Shown piece after piece: positions 9,480 through 18,941 of a stretch of 50,147 bases of DNA. Below the pieces are notes generated by a model, which did no database searches, was not told the DNA's origin, and worked only from the letters and a program-made list of their open reading frames with translations. Origin of the DNA: Deltaproteobacteria bacterium (GTDB taxonomy: Bacteria > SAR324 > NAC60-12); contig JAYOTF010000024.1 of NCBI GenBank assembly GCA_038150265.1, forward strand, positions 1 through 50,147, in the 5' to 3' direction. The position numbers and the translations under genes were made by a program. How positions within the stretch are numbered: the first letter of the stretch is position 1; every line of letters begins with the position of its first letter.

Positions 9480-11884
9480 TTACGGTCGGTCGCCCGCAAC
9501 TTCAGCCCCTTCCGCCTCCAGATCGTCTGGAGGACGCCCTTCCTGCGTCCGGATCGTACCTGATTCTGGACAACGGTTCTGCTTGTGCCGCCCAGCTTCT
9601 GGACACCCTGACCGAGCAGGGAGGCACCCTCTTTCTGCTCCGCCTTCCCGGAGTTGCCGCCTCCCGTCGCAAATCGGCCCGGAAAGCCTCCACCGCTTCA
9701 CTGCCTGATGCCTCTGAAGCCTCCCTTCAGAACGCCCTCGCGGCCCTCAAGCTGACTCAACTGGACGGCGTCTTCCTCTTTTTGCCAGCTACCGAAGCCT
9801 CATTGCGTCTGAGCAGCGCCACCGGACAGGCGCTTCAGATCAGCTTCTTGCTGGCCAAAGCGGTCAGCCCCCTGCTCACTCAGGCTCCCCGGGCCTCATT
9901 CCTGGCGGTGACGCAACTGGATGGCGCCTTGGGAACCCGCTCTCCGCAAGGCTGGATGGACCGAGGCGTGACGGGATTGACCAAGACCCTTTCACGCGAG
10001 TGGCCGCACCGCTTCTGCCGCACCGTCGATCTTTCTCCAGAGCTGTCTCCGGAACAAGCCACCCAGCACCTCCTCGCGGAAGCACAGGACCCAGACCGAC
10101 GCCTCCTGGAAGCCGGCTGGAGCCCCTCCGGACGCGTGGGCCTGTTGCCCGGAGCCCTTGAAAGCCCACAGCCTCCACTCACGCTTCCGGAGCACCCGGT
10201 CTGGCTCGTCAGTGGTGGCGCCCGTGGAGTCACCGCGGACTGCACCCTTGCACTGGCCGAGCGAGCCCCGGGAACCTTCTTGCTGGTGGGGCGGTCTCCG
10301 CTTCAGGAGGAACCGGCCTGGGCCTCGGGACTCACCGCTGAGGCTGAACTGCGGCAAGCGGCCATGAAGGCGCTCACCGACTCCGGAGAAAAGCCTACTC
10401 CGCCCAAACTCCGGCAGATGATGGCTCGGGTTGAAGCCAACCGTGCCATCCGGAAGACGCTGGATCAGCTGCAGGCGCTCGGCAGCACGGGCCACTACCT
10501 CAGCGCTGATGCCACCAATGCCGAGCAGCTCAAGGCAGCCCTGGCTCCGGTGCTTCAGCAATCCGGACCCGTCACCGGGGTCATTCATGGCGCAGGTGTT
10601 TTGGCAGACAAGCTGATCGAGAAAAAAACCGAGGCAGACTTCCAATCCGTCGTGGGGACCAAGGTCGAAGGCCTGAACGCCCTTTTGGAAGCCGTCGAGC
10701 CGAGCCGCCTGAGCCACCTCCTCCTCTTCTCATCAGGAGCCGGATTCTACGGAAATGCCGGGCAGTCCGACTATTCCATGGGCAACGAAATCCTCAACCG
10801 CGCGGCCCTTGTCTTTCAGCAGGAGCACCCGACCTGTCAGGTCATTTCCTACAACTGGGGTCCATGGGAAGGGGGCATGGTCACTCCGGAGCTAAAGCGC
10901 ATGTTTGAAGAGCGCGGGGTCGAGGTCATTCCCGTTACAGAAGGCGCCCGCATTTTTGCCGATGCCGCCCTGCAGCAGCCTGCCGGACTGCCCATCTTGC
11001 TGGTGGGGAACGCGCTCTCCGGCGATTCGGAACCACCCGCGCCGCTTCAGCAACGCATCTGGCGTCAGGTGACTCCGGAACTCAACCCTGGGCTCAACGA
11101 CCACCGCATCGGTGCCCACAACGTGGTCCCAGCCGTCTTGGCACTGGAATGGATGGTGGACGCCGTCGCCGCCTGCATTCCGGGCTACCACCTGCAACGC
11201 TGCACCGACTTCAAGGTGCTGAAGGGCATCCTCTTCGATGAAGACCTTGCCCCCGCCTACCTGCTGGACATTCAGGAAGCAGACGCCCCTGCAGCAGGCA
11301 CCCGGACCTTCCACCTCAAGGTGTCCAGCCACACCGGCAAGCTGCCGCGCTACCACTACAGCGTCACCTGCACCTTCAGCCAGACGCCTCCGGACGTTCC
11401 ACAGGAAGCCCTTCCCCGCGTCGATCAGGCTCAACCCGGAAGCCACTTCTACGAAAATGGCACCCTCTTCCACGGGCCCCTGTTTCAAGCGGTCCAGGAC
11501 GTCACTCGGCTCACCGAGCAGCAGCTGGTTGCTCGGTGTCAGGCGCCCGCGGTGCCTCCGGAGGCTCAGGGGCAGTTCCCGGTGGGACCGGTCAACGCCT
11601 ATGCCCTCGACCCGGCGTTTCAGGTCATGCTCATCTGGGCCCGGCACTTCCAGGGTGCCGGCAGCCTGCCGTTGCAGTTTGAGCAGCTCGAGTGCTTCCG
11701 GCCCCTGCCTTTTGAAACGGAGTTCCTGATCGACCTGAAGGTCCGGAGCGCCTCCGAAACACAGCTGCAGGCCGACTTGACCCTGCTTGCGCCAGATGGA
11801 GCCGTCTATGCTCGCATGCGTGGCGCTCAGGTGACCCTGAGCCCGAACCTGAATGCGCTCTTTCAGCCCCACTCTGCCCATTAA
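9443..11884 (+). CDS. pfaA: PfaA C-terminal part (KR structural + catalytic subdomains and PKS-type DH), in the -1 frame relative to 4956..9458
   Basis: KR: LVSGGARGVT, VIHGAGVLADKLIEKK, FSSGAGFYGNAGQSDYSMGNE, WGPWEGGMVT; DH: LNDHRIGAHNVVP, FYENGTLFHGPLFQ. The frame extends 118 codons upstream of the ORF-track TTG (9782) with PfaA-like sequence and no ATG/GTG/TTG. Confidence 0.9.
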   Translation, partial: KKKLLSEPAPYSVTVGRPQLQPLPPPDRLEDALPASGSYLILDNGSACAAQLLDTLTEQGGTLFLLRLPGVAASRRKSARKASTASLPDASEASLQNALAALKLTQLDGVFLFLPATEASLRLSSATGQALQISFLLAKAVSPLLTQAPRASFLAVTQLDGALGTRSPQGWMDRGVTGLTKTLSREWPHRFCRTVDLSPELSPEQATQHLLAEAQDPDRRLLEAGWSPSGRVGLLPGALESPQPPLTLPEHPVWLVSGGARGVTADCTLALAERAPGTFLLVGRSPLQEEPAWASGLTAEAELRQAAMKALTDSGEKPTPPKLRQMMARVEANRAIRKTLDQLQALGSTGHYLSADATNAEQLKAALAPVLQQSGPVTGVIHGAGVLADKLIEKKTEADFQSVVGTKVEGLNALLEAVEPSRLSHLLLFSSGAGFYGNAGQSDYSMGNEILNRAALVFQQEHPTCQVISYNWGPWEGGMVTPELKRMFEERGVEVIPVTEGARIFADAALQQPAGLPILLVGNALSGDSEPPAPLQQRIWRQVTPELNPGLNDHRIGAHNVVPAVLALEWMVDAVAACIPGYHLQRCTDFKVLKGILFDEDLAPAYLLDIQEADAPAAGTRTFHLKVSSHTGKLPRYHYSVTCTFSQTPPDVPQEALPRVDQAQPGSHFYENGTLFHGPLFQAVQDVTRLTEQQLVARCQAPAVPPEAQGQFPVGPVNAYALDPAFQVMLIWARHFQGAGSLPLQFEQLECFRPLPFETEFLIDLKVRSASETQLQADLTLLAPDGAVYARMRGAQVTLSPNLNALFQPHSAH

Positions 11885-11909
11885 CCCCTGACGGGAGCCC
11901 GTAGTTTCA

Positions 11910-14900
11910 ATGCCTGAACCCATTGCCGTTGTTGGCCTTTCGTGCCTGTTCCCTGGAGCCCACACTCCGGAAGCCTTCTGGAAGAACCTCCTGGCTGGAG
12001 CCGACTCGCGCTCCGCGGTTACCGAACAGCAGCTTCATGTGGCGCCCTCTCGGTTCTTGACCGACCGCAAGGGCGTGGTCGATCGCTACTACTGCGCTCA
12101 GGGGGGCTACCTGCACGACTTCCACTTCAATCCGGAAGGGTTTCAGCTCCCCGCTGCCCAGCTGCAGGGCCTCGATGATGTCTATCAGTGGCCTCTGCAC
12201 GTCGCTCGTGAAGCCCTGCGGGACGCGCAGTTGCTCGACCGTCCGGAGCTGCTGAAGCACTGCGGGATCATTCTCGGGAACCTCTCCTTCCCGACCAAGT
12301 CCTCGAACCACCAGGCGCTTCCGCTCTATCAGGAAGCCTGGGAGCCGCTGCTGCAACGCCTGCTCAATCGCTCCGACTTCCACCTCCAGAACTTCGGAAC
12401 CGACCCCTCAGGGCGCCTCCAACCGGGTCCGGACGCGCTGGAAATTGCCGGGCGCCCAGCGTCTCTGATTGCTCAGGCACTCGGACTCTCCGGACGCGCC
12501 TACGCGCTTGATGCGGCGTGTGCGTCGTCGCTCTACAGCGTCGGACTGGCCTGCCACACCCTGTGGACGCATCAGACCGATGTCATGCTCGCCGGAGCAG
12601 TCAGCGCTGCCGACCCGTTCTTTGTCAACATGGGGTTTTCCATCTTTCAGGCCTATCCGGAATCCGGAGGCAGCCACCCCCTCGACAAAAATTCAGGGGG
12701 CCTCTTTGCCAGCGAAGGCGCCGGCATGTTTGTCCTGAGGCGCCTCTCGGACGCACAGCGGGAGGGCAACCCCATCCATGCCCTCATCTCTGGTGTCGGC
12801 CTCTCGAACGACGGACGCGGGCAGTTTGTCCTCAGCCCCAACCCCAAAGGCCAGCGGCTCGCTTTTGAACGCGCCTATGCCACATCCGGGATCGACCCGC
12901 AGGCGACGGATTACATCGAATGCCACGCCACTGGTACTCCGCTGGGAGACAAGGTTGAGCTCAACTCCATGGAAGCCTTTTTTGGCAACCGTGGCAGCAC
13001 TCCCCCCATCGGATCCGTCAAGTCCAACCTGGGCCACATGCTCACAGCCGCCGGAATGGGCGGGATGACCAAGGTCATCCTCTCCCTTCAGCACGGACAG
13101 ATTCCTGGCACCATCGGAGTCGACGACCCGCTGGTTTCTGAAAAGGGGCTCTTTGGCGGAGACCGAACCCTCCGGAGCCTCACCCGCTGGCCACACGAAC
13201 GCTCGCCCCGAACCGCTGCCGTCAGCGCCTTTGGCTTTGGTGGCTGCAACGCGCACCTGATTCTGCAAAACACTGCCGAAGCCCCTTCAGAGGCCCCAGC
13301 GCCCACGCCGCTGCCTCCGCTTGCGGTGCTGGGAATGGATGCCATCTTCGGCGACCGCAATGGCCTCAGCGCCATGGAACACGCCTTTCTGGAGGGCGAA
13401 ACGGCCTTCCGGAGCCTCCCGGAAACTCGGTGGCGGGGACTCGGGCATCCGGAGGCGGGGCTTTCGGGCGCCTGGCTGGAATCCTTTGAGATGGACTTCC
13501 TCCGCTTCCGGCTGCCTCCGAATCCCCAGGAACGCCTCATTCCCCAACAGCTGCTGACGCTTGAAGTCGCCGACCGCGCCATCCGGCAGACGCCCCTGAA
13601 GGAAGGCCAAAATGTCGCGGTGCTGGTCGCCATGGAAGCCGAACTGGAGCTGCACCGCTTCCGGGGACGCGTCAACCTGGCCACGCAGTTGGAAGACAGC
13701 CTGGCAGCGTCCGGAATTGTGCTTTCCGACGAGCAACGTCAGGAGCTGGAAGCCGTTGCCAAGGATGCGCTGCTGGAAGCGGTGCCGGTCAATCGCTTCA
13801 CCAGCTTCATTGGAAACATCATGGCCTCGCGCATCAGCGCGCTTTGGGACTTCACCGGCCCGGCCCTGACCGTTTCTTCAGAAGAGACCTCGGTCTTCAA
13901 GGCCCTTGAAGTGGCGCAGATGCTGCTGGGTTCCGGAAGTGTCGACGCCGTCGTGGTGGCAGCCGTCGACCTGGCCGGAAGCGCCGAGTCGGTGACCCTT
14001 CGGAGCAAGGCCTTTCCCCTGCAGTCCGGAAGCCCGCGCTGGCCTCAGGAAGCCGGTGGCGCAGGCTGGATCCCCGGAGAGGGGGCAGGCGCCCTGGTTC
14101 TCACCACACAGGAGCAGGCTCCAGACGCCACTCCGCTTGCCCTGATTGAGGCCGTCGCCTTTGCTTCCGGAACACAAGGCGATGCCGTCCGCCAAGCTGC
14201 TCAGGCAGCACTCGCAGCCGCTCAGGCTCGTCCGGAAGACATTGGCTTGCTCACCCTGCAGGCAGCAGGGCTCGATGCCCGCGATGCGGCTGAGTGGGAA
14301 GGCCTGCAGGCCCTCTATCCGGAAGCGGCGCTTGGGGGTCCGTCTGCGCACTTCGGACACAGCTTTGCCGCCTCGGGAATGGTTTCGTTGCTGGAAGCCC
14401 TGATCGCCGTCCGGTCCCGGACCCTCCCAGCCCTCCCCAACTGGGAAGCGCCCAAAGGGGACGGATCCGCTTCTGGCCTGTACGTTCCCCCTGAATCGCG
14501 TCCGTGGTTCCGGAATGCTGATGCTCCGGCTCGGCGTGCAGCCGTCAGCAGCCTGGGACAGGAGACCGCACACGCCATCATCAGTGAAGCGCCTTCTGCG
14601 GCGGCGGCTCCGGAAGCCGTCCCCTCGGCCAATACCGGGGGGCTCTTCCTCCTTCCCGTCACGGCTCCGGATGCGGCTCAACTGCTGGAGCGCCTCAAGG
14701 CTCTGCAGGAGCTGCTGCACCACCAGACCCCGCTTCCGGAGCTGGCTCGCCAGACGTTCGAGGCGCAGCAACAGGCATCCGGAGGCCTGGGGGTCGCCCT
14801 GCTGGGCAGGACCCATGAGGAGCTGCTTCAGGAGCTGACCTCCGCCCAGGCCGGCATTCCACAAGCCGTTGCGTCCGGAAAGGACTGGGTCACTCCGCGC

Positions 14901-17900
14901 GGAAGTAGCTTCTCCCCCGCCCCCCTTGGGCTGGCAGGCAAAGTGGCCTTCACCTACCCCGGAGGCTTCAACAGCTACCTCGGCAACAGCCGAACCGCCT
15001 TCCGCCTCATGCCGGAGCTGCACGAGTCCATGGCGTCGCACACCACCCGCCTGGGGGCCGCTCTGCACGACCGTCGGCTCTACCCACGGACCCAGCAACG
15101 CCTCAGTGAAGCCGAGCTGCAGCAGGCGCAGGAAGACTTCATCAACACGCCCATTGCGATGTTTGAAAGCGGCATCACCACCGGTGTCCTCCACACCAAG
15201 CTGATGCGCGAAGGCTTTGGCCTGCAACCCGACCTGGCGTTTGGGTACAGCATGGGCGAGGTGACGATGATGTTTGCCCTCGGCGTGTGGGGGTCGATGG
15301 ATCCGATGTCTGACCTGCTGGACGCCTCTCCGCTCTTCAAGGAGCGGCTCTGTGGTCCCATGAACACCGTCCGCGAGGCCTGGAAGCTGGCCCCAGAGGA
15401 ACGACGGGGCGAGCCCATCTGGCACTGGTACACCCTCCGAGCCACTCCGGAGGCAACCCGCAAGGCCCTGGAAGCCGAGGAGCGCGCCTACCTCATCCTG
15501 ATCAATACGCCTCAGGAAGTGGTCCTGGCCGGAGACGCCGAGGCCTGCGAGCGGGTGGCCCAGACGCTTGGGGTCGAGCCACACCCGATTCAGGTGACCG
15601 ACGTGGTGCACTGTGCTCCGGTCCAGGCCGACTACGACGAAGTGAAGCACGTCCACACGCACCCGGTGGTGGGACAGCCTCCTCTTGATTTCTACTCGGC
15701 CCTGAATTACCGCCCCACGGAGCTGGACTCCGACACCATCGGTCACAACATTGCGCAGATTTATGGCCGCACCGTGGACTACACGCGGCTCATTGAAAAC
15801 ACCTACGCAGATGGTGCCCGGATCTTTGTGGACCTCGGCCCACGCGTTAGCTGTGCCAAGTGGATCAGCGAAACCCTGGGGGAACGCCCGCACCTCGCCG
15901 TCGGGGTCAGCCGCCGAGGCGTCGATGACCGCACCCAGGTGCTCCGGACGCTGGCACGTCTGTTCAGCCACCGGGTCCCGCTCAATCTGGAACGCCTCGC
16001 GCCGCCGGTTCCGGAACGTCCAACCCGAGAGCTGCGCCAGACCATCGTCTTGGGAGGTGCGCCGCTCCAGAGCATCGACACCCCTGAAAACCGAGCCCGC
16101 TTTGCGGCACCAGCTGCTGTTGCAGCCGCTCCTGTTTCCCCGGAACCCCCGGCTTCTCCGGAACCTCAACCCCCTGTAATGCCCATGCCTCCGGCTGCTG
16201 ACACTCCGGCGCCCCCGACTTCTGTTCCTGCTGCTTCTCCAGCCCCGGTTCCGGATGGCTGGTGGGGAGATTACCCAGGCCGTCTGGGTCAGGCCCACGC
16301 CGCGTTTCTGCAATTCCGACAAGAGGGCATGCGGCAAATGGCCTCCCTGATTCTGCAGCAAATGGGGGGTGTCTTCTCGGCACCAGAACCCGTCCTCACG
16401 CGGGTGCCTCCGCAGCCAGCAGCATCAGGCCCCGTGGCGTTCGACAGCCAGGCGCTGCAGCAACAGGCCGCCGCTCAACCAGCCCCCCCGGAGGCAAACG
16501 GTCCGAAGCCTCCGGGCGTGCTCTTCGATCATCAGGACCTGCTGGAGTTTGCTGGCGGACAGATTGCCAATGTCTTTGGGCTCGAGTATGCGGAGATTGA
16601 CACCTTCCGGCGCTGCGTCCGGTTGCCGCTGGATCCGTACCTGCTGGTCAGTCGGGTCACCAAGCTGGATGCCAAGCTCGGGGAGTTCAAGCCCTCCACG
16701 ATTACCACCGAATACGACATTCCGCAAAAGGCCTGGTACTGCACGGATGGACAGATTCCGTGGGCCGTTGCCGTTGAGTCCGGGCAGTGCGACCTGATGC
16801 TCATCAGCTTCCTCGGGATTGATTTCGAATGCCGGGGCGACCGGGTGTATCGGCTGCTCGACTGCACCCTGACTTACCTCGAAGACATGCCTCGCGAAGG
16901 GGAAACCCTCCGCTATGACATCTTCATTGATTCCTTTGCCCGGAATGGTGGAACGCTCCTGTTCTTCTTCCACTACGAATGCTTTGTTGGCGACCGCATG
17001 GTGATGCGCATGGATGGGGGCTGTGCCGGTTTCTTCACCGATGAAGAGCTGGCGGTCGGCAACGGCGTCATCCGGACCCAGAAGGAGCTGGACGCCCGGC
17101 ATGAAGCAACCAAGCTCTACTTTGAGCCCCTGCTGCACTGCTCCAAGACGCAGTTCCGGCGCGAAGAGCTCCTCGCGCTCTCCACCGGGCATCCGGAGGT
17201 GTGCTTTGGACCGCATTACGCGCAGCCCGGAAGGAACCCTTCGCTGAAGACCGCTCCGGAGCAGTTCCTCATGCACGATCGCATCACGCTGGTGGATCGC
17301 ACCGGTGGCGACTGGGGCTGTGGACTCGTGCTCTCGGAAAAGGACCTGGCGCCCGACCACTGGTACTTCCCCTGCCACTTCAAGGATGACCCTGTGCTCG
17401 CAGGCTCGCTCATGGCAGAAGGCTGTGTGCAGCTCATGCAGTTCTTCATGCTCGACCTTGGCCTGCAGACCCGGACTCAGGATGCGACCTTCCAGCCGAT
17501 CCACGGCATGTCCCAGATCGTCCGCTGCCGGGGCCAGGTCATCCCCGGAGACACACTCCTGACCTACCGCATGGAGGTCCGGGAAATTGGCCTCGACCCA
17601 ATCCCGTATGCGATTGCGGATGTTGACATTTTGCTGGGAGACAAGATCGTGGTGGACTTCCGGAACCTCGGGGTGCAGCTGGTCGAAAAGGGCAGCACCT
17701 TCCGCCTGACGCAGGAGTGGTTTGACACGCATCCGGAACGCCCGGCGCTTCAGTCCACTCAGGCGAATGCTCCTCAGGTGCCCCAACCCTCAGCCGAGGA
17801 GACCGGTTGGGTCGCTGATGATCAGCAGATGTGGGAGTTTGCCCTGGGGGAGGTGGCCAAGTGCATGGGGCCCGATTACGCGGTTTATCACAACCGCCCC

Positions 17901-18935
17901 GTACAGCGAAACCCCAACGGCGACCTGCAGCTGCTCTCCCGCGTCCGGAGCTTCTCGGGCACACGCTTCAAGTACGATGAGCCGATGCGCATCGTCGGTG
18001 AATACGATGTCCCTGCAGACGCCTGGTACTTCCGAGACAACGCCCACCCGGCCCAGATGCCCTACTCGGTGCTGATGGAAATTGCGCTTCAGCCCTGCGG
18101 CTTCATCTCCGCATACTCGGGCGCCATGTTCCACTACCAGAGCCAGGACCTGCACTACCGGAACCTGGACGGCAACGGGACCCTCCTCGCGCTTCCCGAC
18201 CTGAGGGGCAAGACCATTGTCTCCGAAATCACGCTGAAGAGCACCGTCGCTTCCGGAAACACCGTGATCCAGACCCACGACTTCGCCCTCTCTGTTGACG
18301 GCGAGCGCTTCTATGAAGGCGACACGGTTTTCGGATACTTCACCGATGAAGCCCTCGCCAATCAGGTGGGGCTGGATGCAGGCGAAAAGAAGGCGCCCTG
18401 GGTGGAGGCTCATGCGCCAGAGGTGACTCTGGACCTCACGAAGGATGGCTCGTGGTTTCATGGAAAAGACGGGCGCCCCTTCCAGCGCCTCGGGTCCGGA
18501 CAGCTCAGCCTGCTGGATGAGCTCCGGATCAGTGCCAAGGGAGGGCTTCACGAGCAGGGCTACGTCTATGGCGTCCGGGAGGTCGACTCGGAAGACTGGT
18601 TCTTCCCCTACCACTTCCATCAGGACCCGGTGATGCCGGGCTCGCTGGGGGTGGAGGCAACCCTCGAGGCGATCCAGGGCTTTGCCCTCCAGCAGGGGCT
18701 GGCGGATCGTTTCCAGAACCCGCGCTTCAGCTGGAACCTCTCCCGAACGGCCTGGCGGTACCGTGGGCAGATCATTCCGGAAACCGGGAAGATGCAGCTG
18801 GAAGCCCACCTCAAGGAAATCCGGGAAGAGCTGGGCCAGACCGTTATCGTTGCCGACGGCTCTCTGTGGCGCGACGACCTGAGGATCTATGCCCTCACGG
18901 ACCTCGTCATCGAAATCCGGGAGTGCGGCCAGTAA
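11910..18935 (+). CDS. pfaBC: Fused PfaB/PfaC-type synthase subunit (KS-CLF-AT-pseudoDH/FabA-like DH x2)
   Basis: KS with LDAACASS, ECHATGT, SAFGFGGCN; second KS-fold lacking the catalytic Cys (SSEETS; chain-length factor); PfaB-type AT with GYSMGE; two FabA-like DH sites WYFPCHFKDDPVLAGSLMAEG and WFFPYHFHQDPVMPGSLGVEA. Confidence 0.93.
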   Translation: MPEPIAVVGLSCLFPGAHTPEAFWKNLLAGADSRSAVTEQQLHVAPSRFLTDRKGVVDRYYCAQGGYLHDFHFNPEGFQLPAAQLQGLDDVYQWPLHVAREALRDAQLLDRPELLKHCGIILGNLSFPTKSSNHQALPLYQEAWEPLLQRLLNRSDFHLQNFGTDPSGRLQPGPDALEIAGRPASLIAQALGLSGRAYALDAACASSLYSVGLACHTLWTHQTDVMLAGAVSAADPFFVNMGFSIFQAYPESGGSHPLDKNSGGLFASEGAGMFVLRRLSDAQREGNPIHALISGVGLSNDGRGQFVLSPNPKGQRLAFERAYATSGIDPQATDYIECHATGTPLGDKVELNSMEAFFGNRGSTPPIGSVKSNLGHMLTAAGMGGMTKVILSLQHGQIPGTIGVDDPLVSEKGLFGGDRTLRSLTRWPHERSPRTAAVSAFGFGGCNAHLILQNTAEAPSEAPAPTPLPPLAVLGMDAIFGDRNGLSAMEHAFLEGETAFRSLPETRWRGLGHPEAGLSGAWLESFEMDFLRFRLPPNPQERLIPQQLLTLEVADRAIRQTPLKEGQNVAVLVAMEAELELHRFRGRVNLATQLEDSLAASGIVLSDEQRQELEAVAKDALLEAVPVNRFTSFIGNIMASRISALWDFTGPALTVSSEETSVFKALEVAQMLLGSGSVDAVVVAAVDLAGSAESVTLRSKAFPLQSGSPRWPQEAGGAGWIPGEGAGALVLTTQEQAPDATPLALIEAVAFASGTQGDAVRQAAQAALAAAQARPEDIGLLTLQAAGLDARDAAEWEGLQALYPEAALGGPSAHFGHSFAASGMVSLLEALIAVRSRTLPALPNWEAPKGDGSASGLYVPPESRPWFRNADAPARRAAVSSLGQETAHAIISEAPSAAAAPEAVPSANTGGLFLLPVTAPDAAQLLERLKALQELLHHQTPLPELARQTFEAQQQASGGLGVALLGRTHEELLQELTSAQAGIPQAVASGKDWVTPRGSSFSPAPLGLAGKVAFTYPGGFNSYLGNSRTAFRLMPELHESMASHTTRLGAALHDRRLYPRTQQRLSEAELQQAQEDFINTPIAMFESGITTGVLHTKLMREGFGLQPDLAFGYSMGEVTMMFALGVWGSMDPMSDLLDASPLFKERLCGPMNTVREAWKLAPEERRGEPIWHWYTLRATPEATRKALEAEERAYLILINTPQEVVLAGDAEACERVAQTLGVEPHPIQVTDVVHCAPVQADYDEVKHVHTHPVVGQPPLDFYSALNYRPTELDSDTIGHNIAQIYGRTVDYTRLIENTYADGARIFVDLGPRVSCAKWISETLGERPHLAVGVSRRGVDDRTQVLRTLARLFSHRVPLNLERLAPPVPERPTRELRQTIVLGGAPLQSIDTPENRARFAAPAAVAAAPVSPEPPASPEPQPPVMPMPPAADTPAPPTSVPAASPAPVPDGWWGDYPGRLGQAHAAFLQFRQEGMRQMASLILQQMGGVFSAPEPVLTRVPPQPAASGPVAFDSQALQQQAAAQPAPPEANGPKPPGVLFDHQDLLEFAGGQIANVFGLEYAEIDTFRRCVRLPLDPYLLVSRVTKLDAKLGEFKPSTITTEYDIPQKAWYCTDGQIPWAVAVESGQCDLMLISFLGIDFECRGDRVYRLLDCTLTYLEDMPREGETLRYDIFIDSFARNGGTLLFFFHYECFVGDRMVMRMDGGCAGFFTDEELAVGNGVIRTQKELDARHEATKLYFEPLLHCSKTQFRREELLALSTGHPEVCFGPHYAQPGRNPSLKTAPEQFLMHDRITLVDRTGGDWGCGLVLSEKDLAPDHWYFPCHFKDDPVLAGSLMAEGCVQLMQFFMLDLGLQTRTQDATFQPIHGMSQIVRCRGQVIPGDTLLTYRMEVREIGLDPIPYAIADVDILLGDKIVVDFRNLGVQLVEKGSTFRLTQEWFDTHPERPALQSTQANAPQVPQPSAEETGWVADDQQMWEFALGEVAKCMGPDYAVYHNRPVQRNPNGDLQLLSRVRSFSGTRFKYDEPMRIVGEYDVPADAWYFRDNAHPAQMPYSVLMEIALQPCGFISAYSGAMFHYQSQDLHYRNLDGNGTLLALPDLRGKTIVSEITLKSTVASGNTVIQTHDFALSVDGERFYEGDTVFGYFTDEALANQVGLDAGEKKAPWVEAHAPEVTLDLTKDGSWFHGKDGRPFQRLGSGQLSLLDELRISAKGGLHEQGYVYGVREVDSEDWFFPYHFHQDPVMPGSLGVEATLEAIQGFALQQGLADRFQNPRFSWNLSRTAWRYRGQIIPETGKMQLEAHLKEIREELGQTVIVADGSLWRDDLRIYALTDLVIEIRECGQ

Positions 18936-18941
18936 CCCGGC

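Noticed and set aside
9782..11884. Independent KR-DH gene starting at TTG 9782
   Set aside because: No SD, and the start lies inside the KR structural subdomain; PfaA-like coding continues upstream to the A9 run.
4956..11884. pfaA as a decayed pseudogene
   Set aside because: Only one frame break, located at a domain boundary; catalytic motifs on both sides and the whole pfaBC are intact. A sequencing error remains possible and is listed under the finding.
13878..16361. Long antisense ORFs (827 aa here; also 36046..38223, 20092..21654, 4962..6443 and others)
   Set aside because: Shadow ORFs opposite well-supported genes, expected from GC-rich codon bias; no recognisable motifs.
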